A stretch of 64,000 bases of DNA from NCBI GenBank assembly GCA_013239625.1, contig MU053934.1, forward strand, positions 8,391,352-8,455,351, in the 5' to 3' direction. Position numbers and translations under genes: made by a program. Below are positions 48,095 through 60,592 of the stretch, in pieces (position 1 is the stretch's first letter; the number at the start of each line of letters is the position of its first letter). This DNA is from Lama guanicoe. Lineage: Eukaryota. Under the pieces are notes generated by a model that was not told the origin of the DNA, ran no database searches, and saw only the letters and a program-made list of their open reading frames with translations.

Positions 48095-50060
48095 TGTTAA
48101 CATGTTCTACAAGGTGGAAACCTGTACATTTGTTAGTCCTTTGAAATATTCTCCAGAATTGGTGAACAAGGAAAACACCATCTCAGGCCATCAGGTAGGA
48201 ACCAAGACCACACAAGACCTCAGGCTGAGACCCTTGGAGCAGAGAAAATTCCTGGACCAGCGTTAAGATCAGGGATGCCCCCCTGGGATGGTGGAGGCAA
48301 CAACTCACTCCTCACTCCCACTTCCTATTACCTAGAACCTTCCACAGAGTCTGAGGCTTTGGGGAAATCATGGGCTAGAAGCAGGGGGATCCTCACTCGG
48401 GTCAGCACAGGTGGAGAGACAGGAAGAGACCACAAGGATCAGTCTAGGAGCGGGAAGTTTCCTCGGAAGCCAGAATCTGAGTGAGAGGAGGCCAGGCAAA
48501 GTGCCAGACAATCACCAGGAAGCAGGGACTCACCAGATGTGAGCCCAGAGGAGGGGCAGGGACAGCTGGCATGAGGGCCCCAGCCTGTCTCATCCTGTTC
48601 CACTTCAATACCAGGAGGAAAAGAGTATGATGTGCCCATAGCACAGATGAGGAAACTGAGGCTCAGAGAGAAGCATGATTCCCCCACAAGGCCATGCAGC
48701 TGCAAGGGGCAAAGTAGGAACTGGACCCCAGGCAGGGGGCTTTTGTCCCCAAGGGAGGTGGGAAACGCCTAAGGGTGGGAAGGGCCTGAGGCCCAGGTTT
48801 GGGACTACTGACACATAGCTCTGGCCGGGGTCCTCCGCTTGGATGACAACTAGGCAGAGGCCTCATGCAGTCAGGGGGACTCCCTCACCAGCCAGGGTTC
48901 TGTTATGCCGCTGTCACCCCTCGTGACCTCCCAGAGAGGCCTCCTAGCCTTGCAGCTTGAGGAGGGACCCCAGCAGGCGGCCGGACTCCATCCGCAGCCA
49001 AGTGACCAGCCGCTGTGCCTCCAGCAGGTCACCCACGCTGAGACACCGTGTCCCAGTCCCTGAGGATTTGGGTAACCACAGCTCCCTCCCCATCCTGCAG
49101 GGAGGCCAATGAGCCCACAACCCGCAGGTTGGAGTTACCCCCAAATCCAAGGGCAGCAATCTGGTCCGCCCACCAGCTGCCCACCTGCCTTGAGGACAAG
49201 GCTGCGAGGGAAGGGGAGGAAGTAGAAAGAAATCGTCCCCTGTCACATCCTGCCGGGTCTGTCCACAGGCAGCCCCTGCAAACCCCGACCCCAGTCCGCA
49301 CTGGGCAGGCGGCGCCCCGCCCAGGTCCTCCCTGCCTCCTCGCCCCGAGACGCTGAGCCCCCAGGCCTCCCCAGGCGACAGCCCCCCAAACTGTTACTAC
49401 AACTCTCTGGAGCCACTTTTTTTTCTTTTTTTTTTTTTGCCAGCAAGTCCAGAGCTAAAAATATCGAGGCAGGGAGGGGGAACCAGGTGTGTGGAGGACG
49501 CGCCCGCCCCCCTTTCCCATTATGTGTTACAAGCCCCACCTGGCAGGCAGCCGGCAGCTCTCTTGCTGTGTCTGGACGGGCAGATGGAGCGGAACTGCTG
49601 ATGGGGGCAGAGACCACGCGGCGGCAGCAGCCTGGCGCCGGCACTGGGCGCTGGGGCGAGGGCTGGGGGCCCAGGGAGAGGGCCCGGAGCTGCTGCGCCC
49701 CCTCTCAGCCTGTGGCCATGGTGCCCCAGCCCAGCAGAGACCCCACCTGCTTAGGGCAGAGGACAGCAGCTCATCCAGCCCTGCGTTTCTCAGACCAGGA
49801 GGAGGAGCCTGGCATTTATCAGGGTCTGTACTGAGCAGGGAGCACCCCAACTGCCTTGCAATGATGCTACTGTACCCCATTTTCAGAGGGAAACCGAGGT
49901 TCTGAGACCAGAGGCATTCCTCACCTGGATGATGCATCCAGTTAAGTGACAGATCGGATCTGAGCCTGAGCTGGGACTGGACCTGGGGGAGGGTTTTGGG
50001 GGGCAAGTTTTGAGGGAGAGTCTCACCACTGCTCCCCACTCCACCCCATGGTTTTCCTCC

Positions 50061-50512
50061 TGGGTGAGTGTCCTGTGGCCGCTATAACAAAGGACCACGA
50101 GCATAGTGGCTTAAAACCATCCAAGTTTATTCTCCGACAGTTCTGCTGGTCAGAAGTTGGAAGTCAGTTTCCCAGGACTCAAGTCAAGGTGCAGGCAGGG
50201 CCGGCTGCTTCTGGAGGCTCCAGGGGAGAGTCCGTTTCCTGGCCTTTTCCAGCTTCTAGAGTCACCCCCATTCCTTGGCTGCCGGCCTCACTCCGTCCAG
50301 ACCCTGCTTCCGTCCTCACATCCCCTCCCCGACTCGGCCCTCCTGCCCCCCTCTTAGAAGGACACTTGTGATGACGCCGGGCCTGCCGGATAATCCGGGA
50401 CGGTCTCCGCATCTCACCTGCCAGGTCCCTCTGACTATGTAAGAGAGCTTACTCACACGCTCCGGGAATCAGGACGTGGACATCTTTGGGGGCCGTGATT
50501 TGGCCAAGCACA
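50061..50512 (-). mobile_element. MaLR solo LTR (MLT1C/D-like)
   Basis: gtggcttaaaac...ttctggaggctccaggggagagtccgtttcctggccttttccagcttctagag...ggacgtggacatctttgggggcc; CTCC flanks both ends. Confidence 0.88.
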
Positions 50513-50559
50513 CTCCTCAGCAGGAGGGGAGACGGCACAAGCTGTGAGGATGAAGCCGC

Positions 50560-50750
50560 GCGAGGCACTTACACACGTTAGCTCGTTCGGTCCTCACAAT
50601 AACCCTTGAGGTGAGTGTACCGCTGACTCCACTTGACAGATGAGGAAACTGAGGCAGGGTCTGGTGGAGCAGCCCGGGCCGGCCACACGCTGGAAGTGCC
50701 GGAGCCAGACTCCCGCGCACACCGTCGCCCAGAGTCTGGGCCCTTAACCA
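50560..50750 (-). mobile_element. MIR SINE
   Basis: tcctcacaataaccct...acagatgaggaaactgaggc. Confidence 0.85.
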
Positions 50751-51375
50751 CCGGCATTAGTAGGAGGTCCCGGGGTAGCGGCCAAGGTGATGTCTGACTC
50801 AGTGCCTCCTCCTAGAAGGGCTGGTTCATACAGCAGGTATCTGTGGGGTTGTCTTTTCATAATGAGGTTCCAAGAGTCGCAGGGGCAAGTTTAGGAAGCA
50901 CCCTGGAAGGGATTGTGGTGGCTACCCAACTCCCCCCAGGACCCGGTGCCTGGCCCACCTCTGGGCACAGGGAGCCTGCTCCCCAGAGCCAGCCTGGCCC
51001 CCTTGGGAAGGCTCCCTTGTGCTGGCCAGAACCTGCCTCCCAAGTTCTCTCCACCAGGACCAGCTCCGCCCTGCGGGCCGCAGAGCCAGGTCCCTGCGCA
51101 GGAGAGCCGTCCCCCCCACCAGCCCCCGCGCCTGCTCTTCCTCCGCTGTCCCTCTGGGGATGCCTGGCCAGCTCCCAAGTCTCTGCCTGCAGCAGGGTAT
51201 GATGGAGAAGAATAAAATATTCATGCTAGGCCGAGCCTAAAATAGGGCAGGAGGGGAGAGTGACTTTTGTTCAGCACAAACGTGGTGACACGAAACCACG
51301 AGTTTGGCTTCTCTGAGCTGTCCCACTGCCCCCTCCCCCACTCCATCAAAACCTTGAGATCCCCCCCTCACCCCG

Positions 51376-51548
51376 CAGGACAGACCTCATGGGCCTGTGA
51401 CCTGTGCAGTCACCCAGGGCCACCCACTCGGGAGGGCCCCCTCCCCGTGGTTTCATGCTCTGTGGTCACCATCTAGAAGTTCTTAATTCTGGAGGCAGGG
51501 CCCACATTTTCATTTTTCACCCACACTGCAAATTCTGTAGCCGCCCTG
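51376..51548. mobile_element. MER91A-like hAT-Tip100 MITE
   Basis: CAGG...CCTG ends; tgacctgtgcagtcacccagggcc...ttcttaat...cattttcatttt...gcaaattctgtagccg. Confidence 0.8.
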
Positions 51549-51857
51549 GCTGTCAGGGGGATGCTTGTGGTCTGACTGGGGACACAAGGACTGTCCTCTC
51601 GGCCAGGCCAAGGGGAGGCGACGAGCACAGACCCCGAGCAGCCATCCCATCGCTCGTCGCTTCATCTCGCCCTGAGACCAGACTCCTGCGGAACTTCACA
51701 ACAGTAACAGGACAAGGACCGCCACTCACAGGCACTGGGCCCTGGCTCTGTGCCCCGCAGGCGCCCAGGTCACCTCATCTGACTCCAACAGTCTTGCAGG
51801 TGACGCCTCCCCGCCCCCTGCACGATGAGAAGCAGCGGTCCAGATACCAAGTCCTTT

Positions 51858-52457
51858 TGATACAGGAAAAGATGTGGGGCGAGAGGGTGGCCTGTCCCAG
51901 GTCTCGGCTGAGTCCCTGGGACACGCCCCACTAAGTGTGGGTCCTTGGCTTTGCACAGGAAAGAATTCAAGAGCGAGCCCCAGCCGAGTAAAGGTAGATT
52001 TATCCAGAGATACACACTCCATAGACAGTGTGGGCCGTCCCTGAAGGCAAGGGAAAGGCCCGGAGGCGTGGGGGCCGGGTGCACAGTTTGCAGTAGAAGC
52101 AGTTAGCCTGTCCGCGGGCAGCACGGGCCGCCTCACTTGCGGGACAGCGGCCACGAGGCACGGCTTGTTAGCTTTTTATAGGCTCAGCACCTTCACACGC
52201 TAACAAATGGGAGGGTTACGTCAACTACTTTGGGGAAGGGGCTGGGATTCCCAGGAGCTGGGCCATCACCCACTTTTTGACCTTTTATGGTCAGACTTGA
52301 AGCTCTTCTGGCGCCTGTGGGAGAGCCATTTAGCAGCTACCATGTCACAGTGAACGTATGGTGAAGTTCAGGGTCTACTGGAAGCTCCCCCGTCCTGGTG
52401 CTGATCGCTGTGTCGCTCTTTTCATGGCTGTGCCCTGCCCCCTTCCCTCCCGTCTCA
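51858..52457 (-). mobile_element. ERV solo LTR (MER41-like group)
   Basis: Minus strand reads TGAGACGGGAGGGAAGGGG...CCTATAAAAAG...GAATTCTTTCCTG...CCTGTATCA; homologous to 53642-54114. Confidence 0.85.
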
Positions 52458-53641
52458 CAAACACTCAAAGAAACAACGAGATGGCAAACCTTTCCCAGCT
52501 CTCATTCCCGCTCCTCCGAAAGTTCATGTTCACATCCATTTTGCATAACCTCCAGCTGCGCGGAGAGGGTCCCTGAAACGTGTTTCTGTGCCTTCACCTG
52601 CTGTGTCCCGGAGGGGAGCCAGACGCAGGGCCACCCCGAGAGCTGGCCTACCACTGCCTCCCTCAAGGGTGTGTCCGCCTTTGCCAGGGCGGCCGGTGTG
52701 GCTGGTGGTGTGGGACTGTCCCTTCCTGGGGCTGGCACTCCCCTGCAGAACAGCCCAGGCCCCTAGCTTAGCTCCAGGATGCCCCTCGGGGGGTGGTGCA
52801 GCCCCCGGACCGCCTGGACCCTGCTTGGGACCCACGACTCTGGTGTGGAGGAGGAGGAGGAAAATTCGCTGGCCTCCGAGAGCCTGGGCACCAGACAGAA
52901 TCCCAATGGGAGGCCCAAGGCTGAGACCTCTCCTTGGTGTGAAAATTCTCAGGTGCAAATTCCTGCGAGGGGTGGGGGTGGTGGAAGGCACTGCGCCCAC
53001 CTGCTGAGGGTGAGCCCCGGCCCTGGGACCCAGGGTGTCCGTTCCAGGTGCCCCCCAGCTGGGTGCCTGGAGCTGTCCCTGTTGCTCAGGGGACAGAGTT
53101 CTGCCCCCCATCCCAGTCCCTGTGGGGAGCCCGTGAGGGTTTGAGTGGTGCAGCGACCTTGGTGCTGGGAGCACAGGGAGGAGGAGCGAGAAGGACGCAG
53201 CTGCGACAAGGCCCAGGATCTGAGAGGCCGGGGCAGGGGCTGCCGTGGGAGTGGGGGTGGGTAGGTTCTGGAGGAACTTCTGAGAAAGCTGGAGGGGCTT
53301 TGTGGTCAAGCTCAGGGGAGGGGAAGGGCGCTTCCCAGCCTTCTGTGCAAACAGCAGGGGGGTGGGGAGCAGTGAGGCCGCCCACATCCCCTCCCCCAGG
53401 GTCAGCCCTTCCAACCACAAACCCCATCACGTTGCCCCTCCAAGGATAACACGCAGGCAGCTGCTTCCAAACGCCTCTGGTTCAAGACCTACAGCCTTAA
53501 ATTGACCTCTAGTCCTCCGTGGCCCTCTAACCCTGCCAGCTTCTGCTCACGCTTCTCCTCTCTCTCCCAGCCACCCTGGCCTTCTGACAGTTCCGGAACA
53601 TTCACGTTCACCACTTGTGATCTCTGAAGTGCCAGACAAAG

Positions 53642-54114
53642 TGAGACAGGAAGGAAGGGGGCCGGGCACAGCCACTCAAGGAACGACACAGCAATTAACA
53701 CCAAGATGGTGGCGATTCCACTCCCAACCGGCCCTGAGGCCCAAGACGGTGGGAGATTTGACTTCCAGGAGACCTTGAGCTTCATCACACGCTCACTGTG
53801 ATATATTAACATGGTCAATGGCTCTCCCACAGGTGCCACTGCAGTTCTGAGGCTGACCATGAAAGGTCCAAAAGTGGGCAGTGGCCCAGCTCCTGGGAAC
53901 CCCAGCCCCCTCCCCAAAGTTGTTGGAATAACCCTCCCACTTGTGAGCAGAGGAAGTTACTGAGCCCATAAAAACTAACAGCCCCACATCCCAGGGCACG
54001 CACGTGTGCGCCCTCTCTCCCCTCTGCCTCTTCTCTTGCCTTTTGAAAAGGCCCGCACTCTTGTCTGCGGAGTGTGTATCTACTTTTACTTTAACCAACC
54101 TACGCCTCTTGTCA
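53642..54114 (+). mobile_element. ERV LTR of the same family, 3' (U5) portion missing
   Basis: TGAGACAGGAAGGAAGGGG start; cccataaaaac; gagtgtgtatct then divergence from the other copy. Confidence 0.85.
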
Positions 54115-54119
54115 AGGGA

Positions 54120-54600
54120 GCCGGCTGAGGCCATGGGGTGGGGGACAGGGCACAGGGACAGGGGCGGGAGCAGGAAGACCTGTTTGGGGCGATTGCAACA
54201 ATGCAATGGATGAGGACAGCCTGGACCAGGTGATGACTGTGGAGGCAGGGAGCTGCGGCCCGATTCCAGCGCATTTTGAAGATGGAGCCATTGGGAATTG
54301 CAGGTGGATGGACTGTGGGTGTTAGGGAAAGAGAGAAGTTGGGGTGACCCCAGGACTTTGGAGACTTTGGATCTGAGCCGCTGGAAGGAGGGAGCCATTT
54401 TGGGGGGCCGCAGGAATGCCCGTGTGGGCAGGTGGGTGTCAGAGTTTAGGATTCCAAGGAGAGGTCCCGGCTAGAAAGACGCGTTCAGGGGAAACTGGGA
54501 GGCTGGGTGGGATTTCAGGGGAACCTGGGAGGCTGGGCAGGGGTGTCAAGAGAGAAGAGGGGACATCAGAGGTCAGAGAGATGAGGGGGGCAGCGGCAGT
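54120..54600 (-). mobile_element. L2 remnant with a 30-bp-period duplication (54484-54537)
   Basis: cattttgaagatggagcca...gatggactgtggg; ttcaggggaa(a/c)ctgggaggctggg x2. Confidence 0.6.
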
Positions 54601-55311
54601 GACCAGCGCGGGCAGTGAGCTGTACGTACTGGCGTTTGGCGACTCAAAGCCGAGGATTCGGGGAGGAGGGGAGGACGATGACCTGAAATGGGGGCTGAAT
54701 TAGTGAATGAACGAATGAATGAGTGACAAAGAAACTACAGGGTCTGCTGAGTGACAATGAGAGCCACCCCAGGCCCACCCTCTGCCCGTCAGACGGAGCC
54801 CGGGCCACGTGGCCCACCTGTGCTGTTACTGAGACCTCCTCCCCCAGTTGTCATCCGGCGCGAATGCTGGCGGCTTCTCCTAGGGGACCACCAAATTATG
54901 ACGCAAGTGTCACAGCGCTTGGTCGGAGGGAGCAGTCAGGGCGGCTGTTTGTGTTTATCTGCTGCCGTAACTCTGCCCTGTGCCTGATGGACCAGCTCCT
55001 TTCCCGGTCATTTAACAGCCGACCTGACGTTTATAAAGCCGGCAGTTAGCCGAGATGGGGCTCCGCTTGTCCTGACAGCGCGGGCTGGCACGGCCAGGTC
55101 GGTGCGTGTCCTGCCTGAGTGCACCGGCAATCTCTCCCCCCAGAAGTGGAGGGTGGGGGGCAGGCGTGCAGGGGGGCTCGGGGTGGGGTGTCCGGGAGAG
55201 CAGCGGCGCTCCCGGCTGGTGACGGCAGCTCCCAGCCACCATCCAGAGTCTCGTCCATTTCACCCACGGAAGCAGCACTCTGTGGCTTTAAAACACACTC
55301 TTTCTCTTTCT

Positions 55312-55676
55312 GGCTTACGATATCACTTGTATGTGGAATCTAAAAACAAAAAAGAAAAGACAAATGAACTTATTTACAAAACAGAAACAGACTCGCAGAC
55401 ATAGAGAACAAACTTATGGTTCCCAGAAGAAGTAGGGCGGGGATAAATCGGGAGTTCAAGATTTGCAGATACTAACTCCTACATATAAAATAGATAAAAA
55501 ATAAAAAGCAAGTTTATACTGTAGAGCACAGGGAACTATATTCAATACCTTGTAGTAAGCTATAATGAAAAATATGAAAATGAATGTATGTATGTATGTG
55601 TATGACTGAAATATGATTGTGTGCACCAGAAATCGACACAATATTGTAAACTGACTAAACTTCAATTAAAAAAAAT
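55312..55676 (+). mobile_element. 5'-truncated L1 (3' UTR)
   Basis: gatatcacttgtatgtggaatctaaaa...aacttatttacaaaacagaaacagactc...cttcaattaaaaaaa. Confidence 0.93.
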
Positions 55677-56011
55677 TGCATTTATTTTCTAACGTGATCA
55701 CAGAAAGGACAGTGTGTGGCAGGGAACCAGCTGAACCTGGGCCCATTAGGAGGTCTGATGGGGAGACAGCCGAGGGCTTAATTCGGAGCAGAGACCTGGA
55801 GATCCTGGAAAGAATTCACCTAAAGGATCAAGGGAGAAGGCGTGGCCATTCCAACCTGCACAGCCCAGCTCACTAATGGCCAGGGTTGCTGGCCCCCAGA
55901 ACAAATTGTCCCGTTCACTCCAATCCAGGCCAGCCCCGTAGGACAAGTCTGGTGACATATTAACACTAATGGCGCAAGCCAACAGTCGCCAGCTGAGATG
56001 TGGACTCAGTG

Positions 56012-56055
56012 CCCGCATCACGACCCGCACCACGACCCGCATCATGACCCCCATC
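56012..56055. repeat. 12-bp tandem repeat (CCCGCAYCAYGA) x about 3.7
   Basis: cccgcatcacga cccgcaccacga cccgcatcatga cccccatc. Confidence 0.9.
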
Positions 56056-57271
56056 CCGGGTGAGGGCACGGAGCCCGAGGCCAGTCAGTAACTGGCTGGG
56101 AGGCACACCGGGGTCAGACTTGCTACAAGGAAGCGGCAGACTCGCCCTCTCCCCTTTGCTGTGCTGCCACCACTCACAGCAGGAATTACAGAGGTTAATC
56201 AGGTGGACCCTGGGCCCCATTTGGCCTGTGACCTTGGGAGCCTTCCCCACCGTCAGACCCCAGGGGAGGGCACCCAGCCCCAGCCCCACACCCGGAGGAC
56301 GGTGTCTGCCTTCAGTCCAACAGCGACCACTCATCGGCATGAGAGACTGGCTGAGTCCCCTCCCCTCTCCCAGCTTGGGTTTCCCCACCTGCAGGATGGG
56401 AGAATTGCAGAATCAACTATCAAGACGTTGAGAAGACAGGATGAATCAACGCCTGAGACAGCGCAATGTGAAACACCAGGTGCCGGGCAGATGTGGGGGA
56501 TTGTTCCTGTGATTGGGTGGTTGCCATGGTGATGGGTGCTCTGAGTTTAGCGGGTAAATATCCACAGCCCACTGGAGCAGCTGCTCCTGTCTCATCTTCA
56601 AGACAAGCACGGCCCAGCGGTGCGCTCGCTCCCAGGCCCTTCCCGCCCTGTCGGGGGAGGGGTCTCTCTACCCACCCCTCCCGCAGAGCATGCCTGGGGG
56701 CCGCAGCTGTGCTGGCCTGAACCTTCCCCTGGGACCAGAACTCGCCCTGTTTCCCAAGAATGGTTTAAACTCAGACATAATCCACCCTCACACCTCTGTC
56801 TCCACAGCAAATATTTCCCAAAAGTGTCCTGGGGCTAAGTGGTGACCCGGACCCCCGCCCCTATCAAGGAGGTCACAGCCATGTGGGGGATGGGGGGAAG
56901 AGAACATGACCCCAGAGTGGAATCAAGGCTGCAGTGGACAGAACAGGTAGAGGGCAGACGCCAGGCCCCCTGGGGCTCCTTCCAATGGAACCTTCCAGAT
57001 CCTGGGTCGAGGGGTAATAACCAACCACCAAGACGGAGAAACAGGGAGAAACTTCTATCCTGCAAAGGACACTCACCCCCAGCCTTACCTGGTCCCCTTC
57101 AGCCTCCTCAGCTGTGAAATGGGGTAATACTTCACAGTGCACAGGGCTGTGGAGGAGGGGTGTGATGAAGGCCGTGGGCACAGGGGCTGGACGGCACCTG
57201 GCCCCCGTCCACCCTCAAATGGTAGCAAATGAATAGGGGTTTTGTCAATCCTGCCAGGCTGGTATTGAGGT

Positions 57272-57952
57272 TGTAAGAAGATAGGGTAGGGGTCCCTGGA
57301 GGAAGAGAACCAGGCCTGGCTTTCTTGACATAAGAGAAGCCATTTTTGGCCTAAGCCGTCTGTGATGAAGGCCTGACCACAGGGCCTGCACCTGCAGAAG
57401 AGCAGGCCTCGGTAGTTAATGATTTTGAAGGAACGAAGAATGTAAGAGCAGCTCTGACCAGGTCAGGGAGGTAACCTCACCATATCAGAGGCAATAAATC
57501 AGTTGTCAAGCCCCTCAGGTCTGTTTCAAAGGTAAAGGTGATCCTGGAGCACACTCCTGAGCTGTTTGGCAGGATCCAAGTCCCCGCGAGCGCCCAACCA
57601 CCAGGTCAACCAGAACCTAAGGGACAACAGCGCTGACCTTTGCGGACCCTCGTGACGTCAGTCAGCTGGAGCGTGGGCTCTGGCAACCTCTGCCCCGGTT
57701 CTAGGCGGCATTCTCCTCTGCTCAAGCCCCTCATGAATATGCATATACCACCCTAGCTCCTGCATGAATATGCACATACCCTTAGCTTAAACAGTCCCCA
57801 TTTTGCTGCTTGAGGAGACACAGCTTTGGGTTACATCTCTGGTGTTCTCCTCACTTGTTGCAAGTAGTAAATCCTTCCTTCTCCCTGTCTTTGGCTTGAG
57901 GTGTCTTTTGGCTCGACATCCACCAAGAAGTGAACTCAGTTTGCAGGTAACA
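57272..57952 (+). mobile_element. ERV1-type solo LTR, 681 bp
   Basis: TG...CA ends; 4-bp TSD aggt/aagt; AGTAAA poly(A)-like signal near 57866. Confidence 0.85.
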
Positions 57953-59575
57953 AAGTGAGGTATTAAACCATTTTGTGGACTCATTTATGCACATATTTCA
58001 GAAATGCCCACTGAAACTTTCAAGAGCCTGCCAGTCTACCGTCAGCACTGGGGACCCAGTAGGGAACGGCCAGCCCAGCGCTGCTTGGGGGAGACAGAGG
58101 ACGCGCAGACACACAGCCCTGGTGTGCCCACCGGCTGGGACTCAAAGGAAACATCACAAGCCAACATATGGCAAATATTTGTTATAGACCAAGATGGGAG
58201 GAACCCTTGTGGCTCTGATCAAAGACATAGTAAAAGGGAAGGGAAGGGAAAGGAAAAGAACTCTCTGTTGAGAAAATGTGATGAATGTCCCTGACACAGC
58301 TGGTGCAAGGGCCCTGGGGTAGCACCGTGACTGCCTAGAGGACAGCCAGGGCTGGGATGGAGCCAGCAAGGGGAGGGTGGAGGGAGAGGAGGCCAGGTGC
58401 CAGGGGTCAGGCCATGAAGGCCCCGGCAGGCCACCGTGAGGACTTGGGAAGCACCTGGAGAGGGTTGAGGGCGACATGGCAGGGCCTGCCTTGTGTTTCA
58501 GTGGACTGGCTCTGACAACGGAGGAGCTGAGCAGTCGCTGCATTGGGGGTGCATTTAGAAGACAGGACCCACGGGGTTGGCCATGGCTGAGGACGTTGCA
58601 GCCCCTGGGGGGAGCAGCAGAGCAGCAGACCCCCGTCCCTACATGCTCGTTTCCGGATGAGAGGGACCCGGGCTGCAAGCTCTGGCAGAGGCAAGGGTGC
58701 TCCTGGAGGCCTGACTTGCAAACTGTGTTTTAATTACTTGGAAATGATCAGCTCTGTAGCTCGGAAGCCCTAGAGACTCGAGTCCCGCCTTTGGTGATAA
58801 ACCACTAAGCGGCTGTGACAGGGAGCAGGAAGGGAAGAAGAGTTATGGCTCCCGGGGAGGCATCCTCCTGGCCTGTCCTCGCCCAGAAGTCTCCAGCTGC
58901 CCTCGGTCTCTGCCTCCCAGCTGGTCAGAATTTAGTAGAACTTTCACCCTTTTAAATAGAAGGCAAGCTGAAGGAGGCGGTCCTGACCCAGGAGGGGCTT
59001 TGTTCCCACAGATGTCGACTGAGAGCCTATCTTGTGCCAAGGACCATCCCAGGTACGCTGGCAAGGAGCCCAGCTGGGCCCCCGGAGCTCGTCACCCAGC
59101 AAAGACAGGCATCGGACGATTCCAGCCCGGTGGGGGCCGCCAGGATGGCCGGGCCCCGGGCAGGGCTCTGTGAGGAGGCGGGCGGGACTGGAGTGCAGAG
59201 GCCCAGCGGGGACGTGCTTCTGGGGTGAGGCCGAGTGGCCAGCAGAGCCAGATCACACGGGTCAACACCTCCCCTGCACTGGCTTCCTGCTTCTAACAAG
59301 TCACCACAAGCTTAGCTCGAAACACTTAGGAGCTCACAGCTGTGTGGGTCACAAGGCAGGCGGTGCAGCTGGGTTCCCAGCTCGGGGTCTAACAAGGCCG
59401 GCACCAAGGTGTCAGCAGCTGCCCCTCATTTGGACCTCAGGGGACTCTTCCCAGCCCGGCCGGTGCTAGAAAGCCCCGAAGCGCCTATAAATGATCAATT
59501 TTAATTGCCAATTGATCTCCGATAGCTGTGAAAGAGGGAGCTATCACGCAGGCCAAGATAAAGAAAGGCGTTTCT

Positions 59576-59982
59576 TATGAGATGGCTTATATGTGGAAAC
59601 GGAGGGAAAAACAGATACAAATGAACTTATTTACAAAACAGAAAGAGACTCAGACATAGGAAACAAACTTATGGTCACCAAAGGGAAGTAGGGGAGAGGG
59701 AAATCAGGAGCTGGGAGTTAACAGATACAAGCTACTGTACATAAAATAAAATAAACAGCAAGTTCTTACTGCACAGCACAGTGAACTACATTCAATGTCT
59801 TGCAAGAACCTGTAATGAAAAAGAAAATCAAAAAGAATATATATAAAACCAAATCACTATGCTGTACACCAGAAACTAATACAACATTGTAAATTAACTA
59901 AACTTCAATCAAAATAATTGAGTTTGGAAATTCACATAAAATTTTATAAATAAAGGAGATACAAATTTGAAAGAAAGAAAGA
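59576..59982 (+). mobile_element. 5'-truncated L1 with a short non-L1 3' extension and (GAAA)n tail
   Basis: L1 3' UTR to about 59917; putative TSD aagaaaggcgtttct / aagaaaggggcttct. Confidence 0.85.
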
Positions 59983-60571
59983 AAGAAAGGGGCTTCTGCT
60001 GCAAGCAGACCACGGCAGAAGGCCAAGGTTCTTCCCTTTGGGAAAGGGGGAAAAAAGTGCTTTTTTTCCGTTCACACACGAAGAGAACTCGCAGGCTTGG
60101 TTTTACAGCGTTAGCCGTGAGTCAGAAGTGACACAGAAGAAAACCTCCCCGGTGGTTGCAGCAGCTTCGCAAACAGAGAGGGGAGGCCCCCAGCCCGGAA
60201 AGGCAGCTGTCTGCCCCCACCTTCGCCCGTATCTATTTCTGGAGGCACTTAATCTCACAGGGACGTGCAACAAGATAAACAACCTCAGAGGTTCCATCCA
60301 TGAGCCAAAAGACCAACAGTATGTCAATACGTGGTGTGGGACAAGACATGGGGGTCCTCCCACGCCCTCACAATTGGCCATCAGCCCAACCAACCATCAC
60401 GGGACCTGGCGACCAAGTGACAGGTGTCACCGATGTCAGAAGACAACAGAATCCTCAAAGCAAACAGACAAACAAAAGTAACAAACATCAGAAGAGAAGC
60501 AGATTGCCTGTCACCTGCCACCCAGCAGAGAGCCTGTCAGGCCGTGGGAACCAGCTTCCGGATCCCGAAAT

Positions 60572-60592
60572 ACACACACACACACACACACA
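60572..60592. repeat. (CA)n microsatellite
   Basis: Direct. Confidence 0.97.

Noticed and set aside
52530..53420. 296-aa ORF between the two LTRs as a retroviral gene
   Set aside because: No gag/pol/env motifs, and the LTRs are inverted, so this is not a provirus
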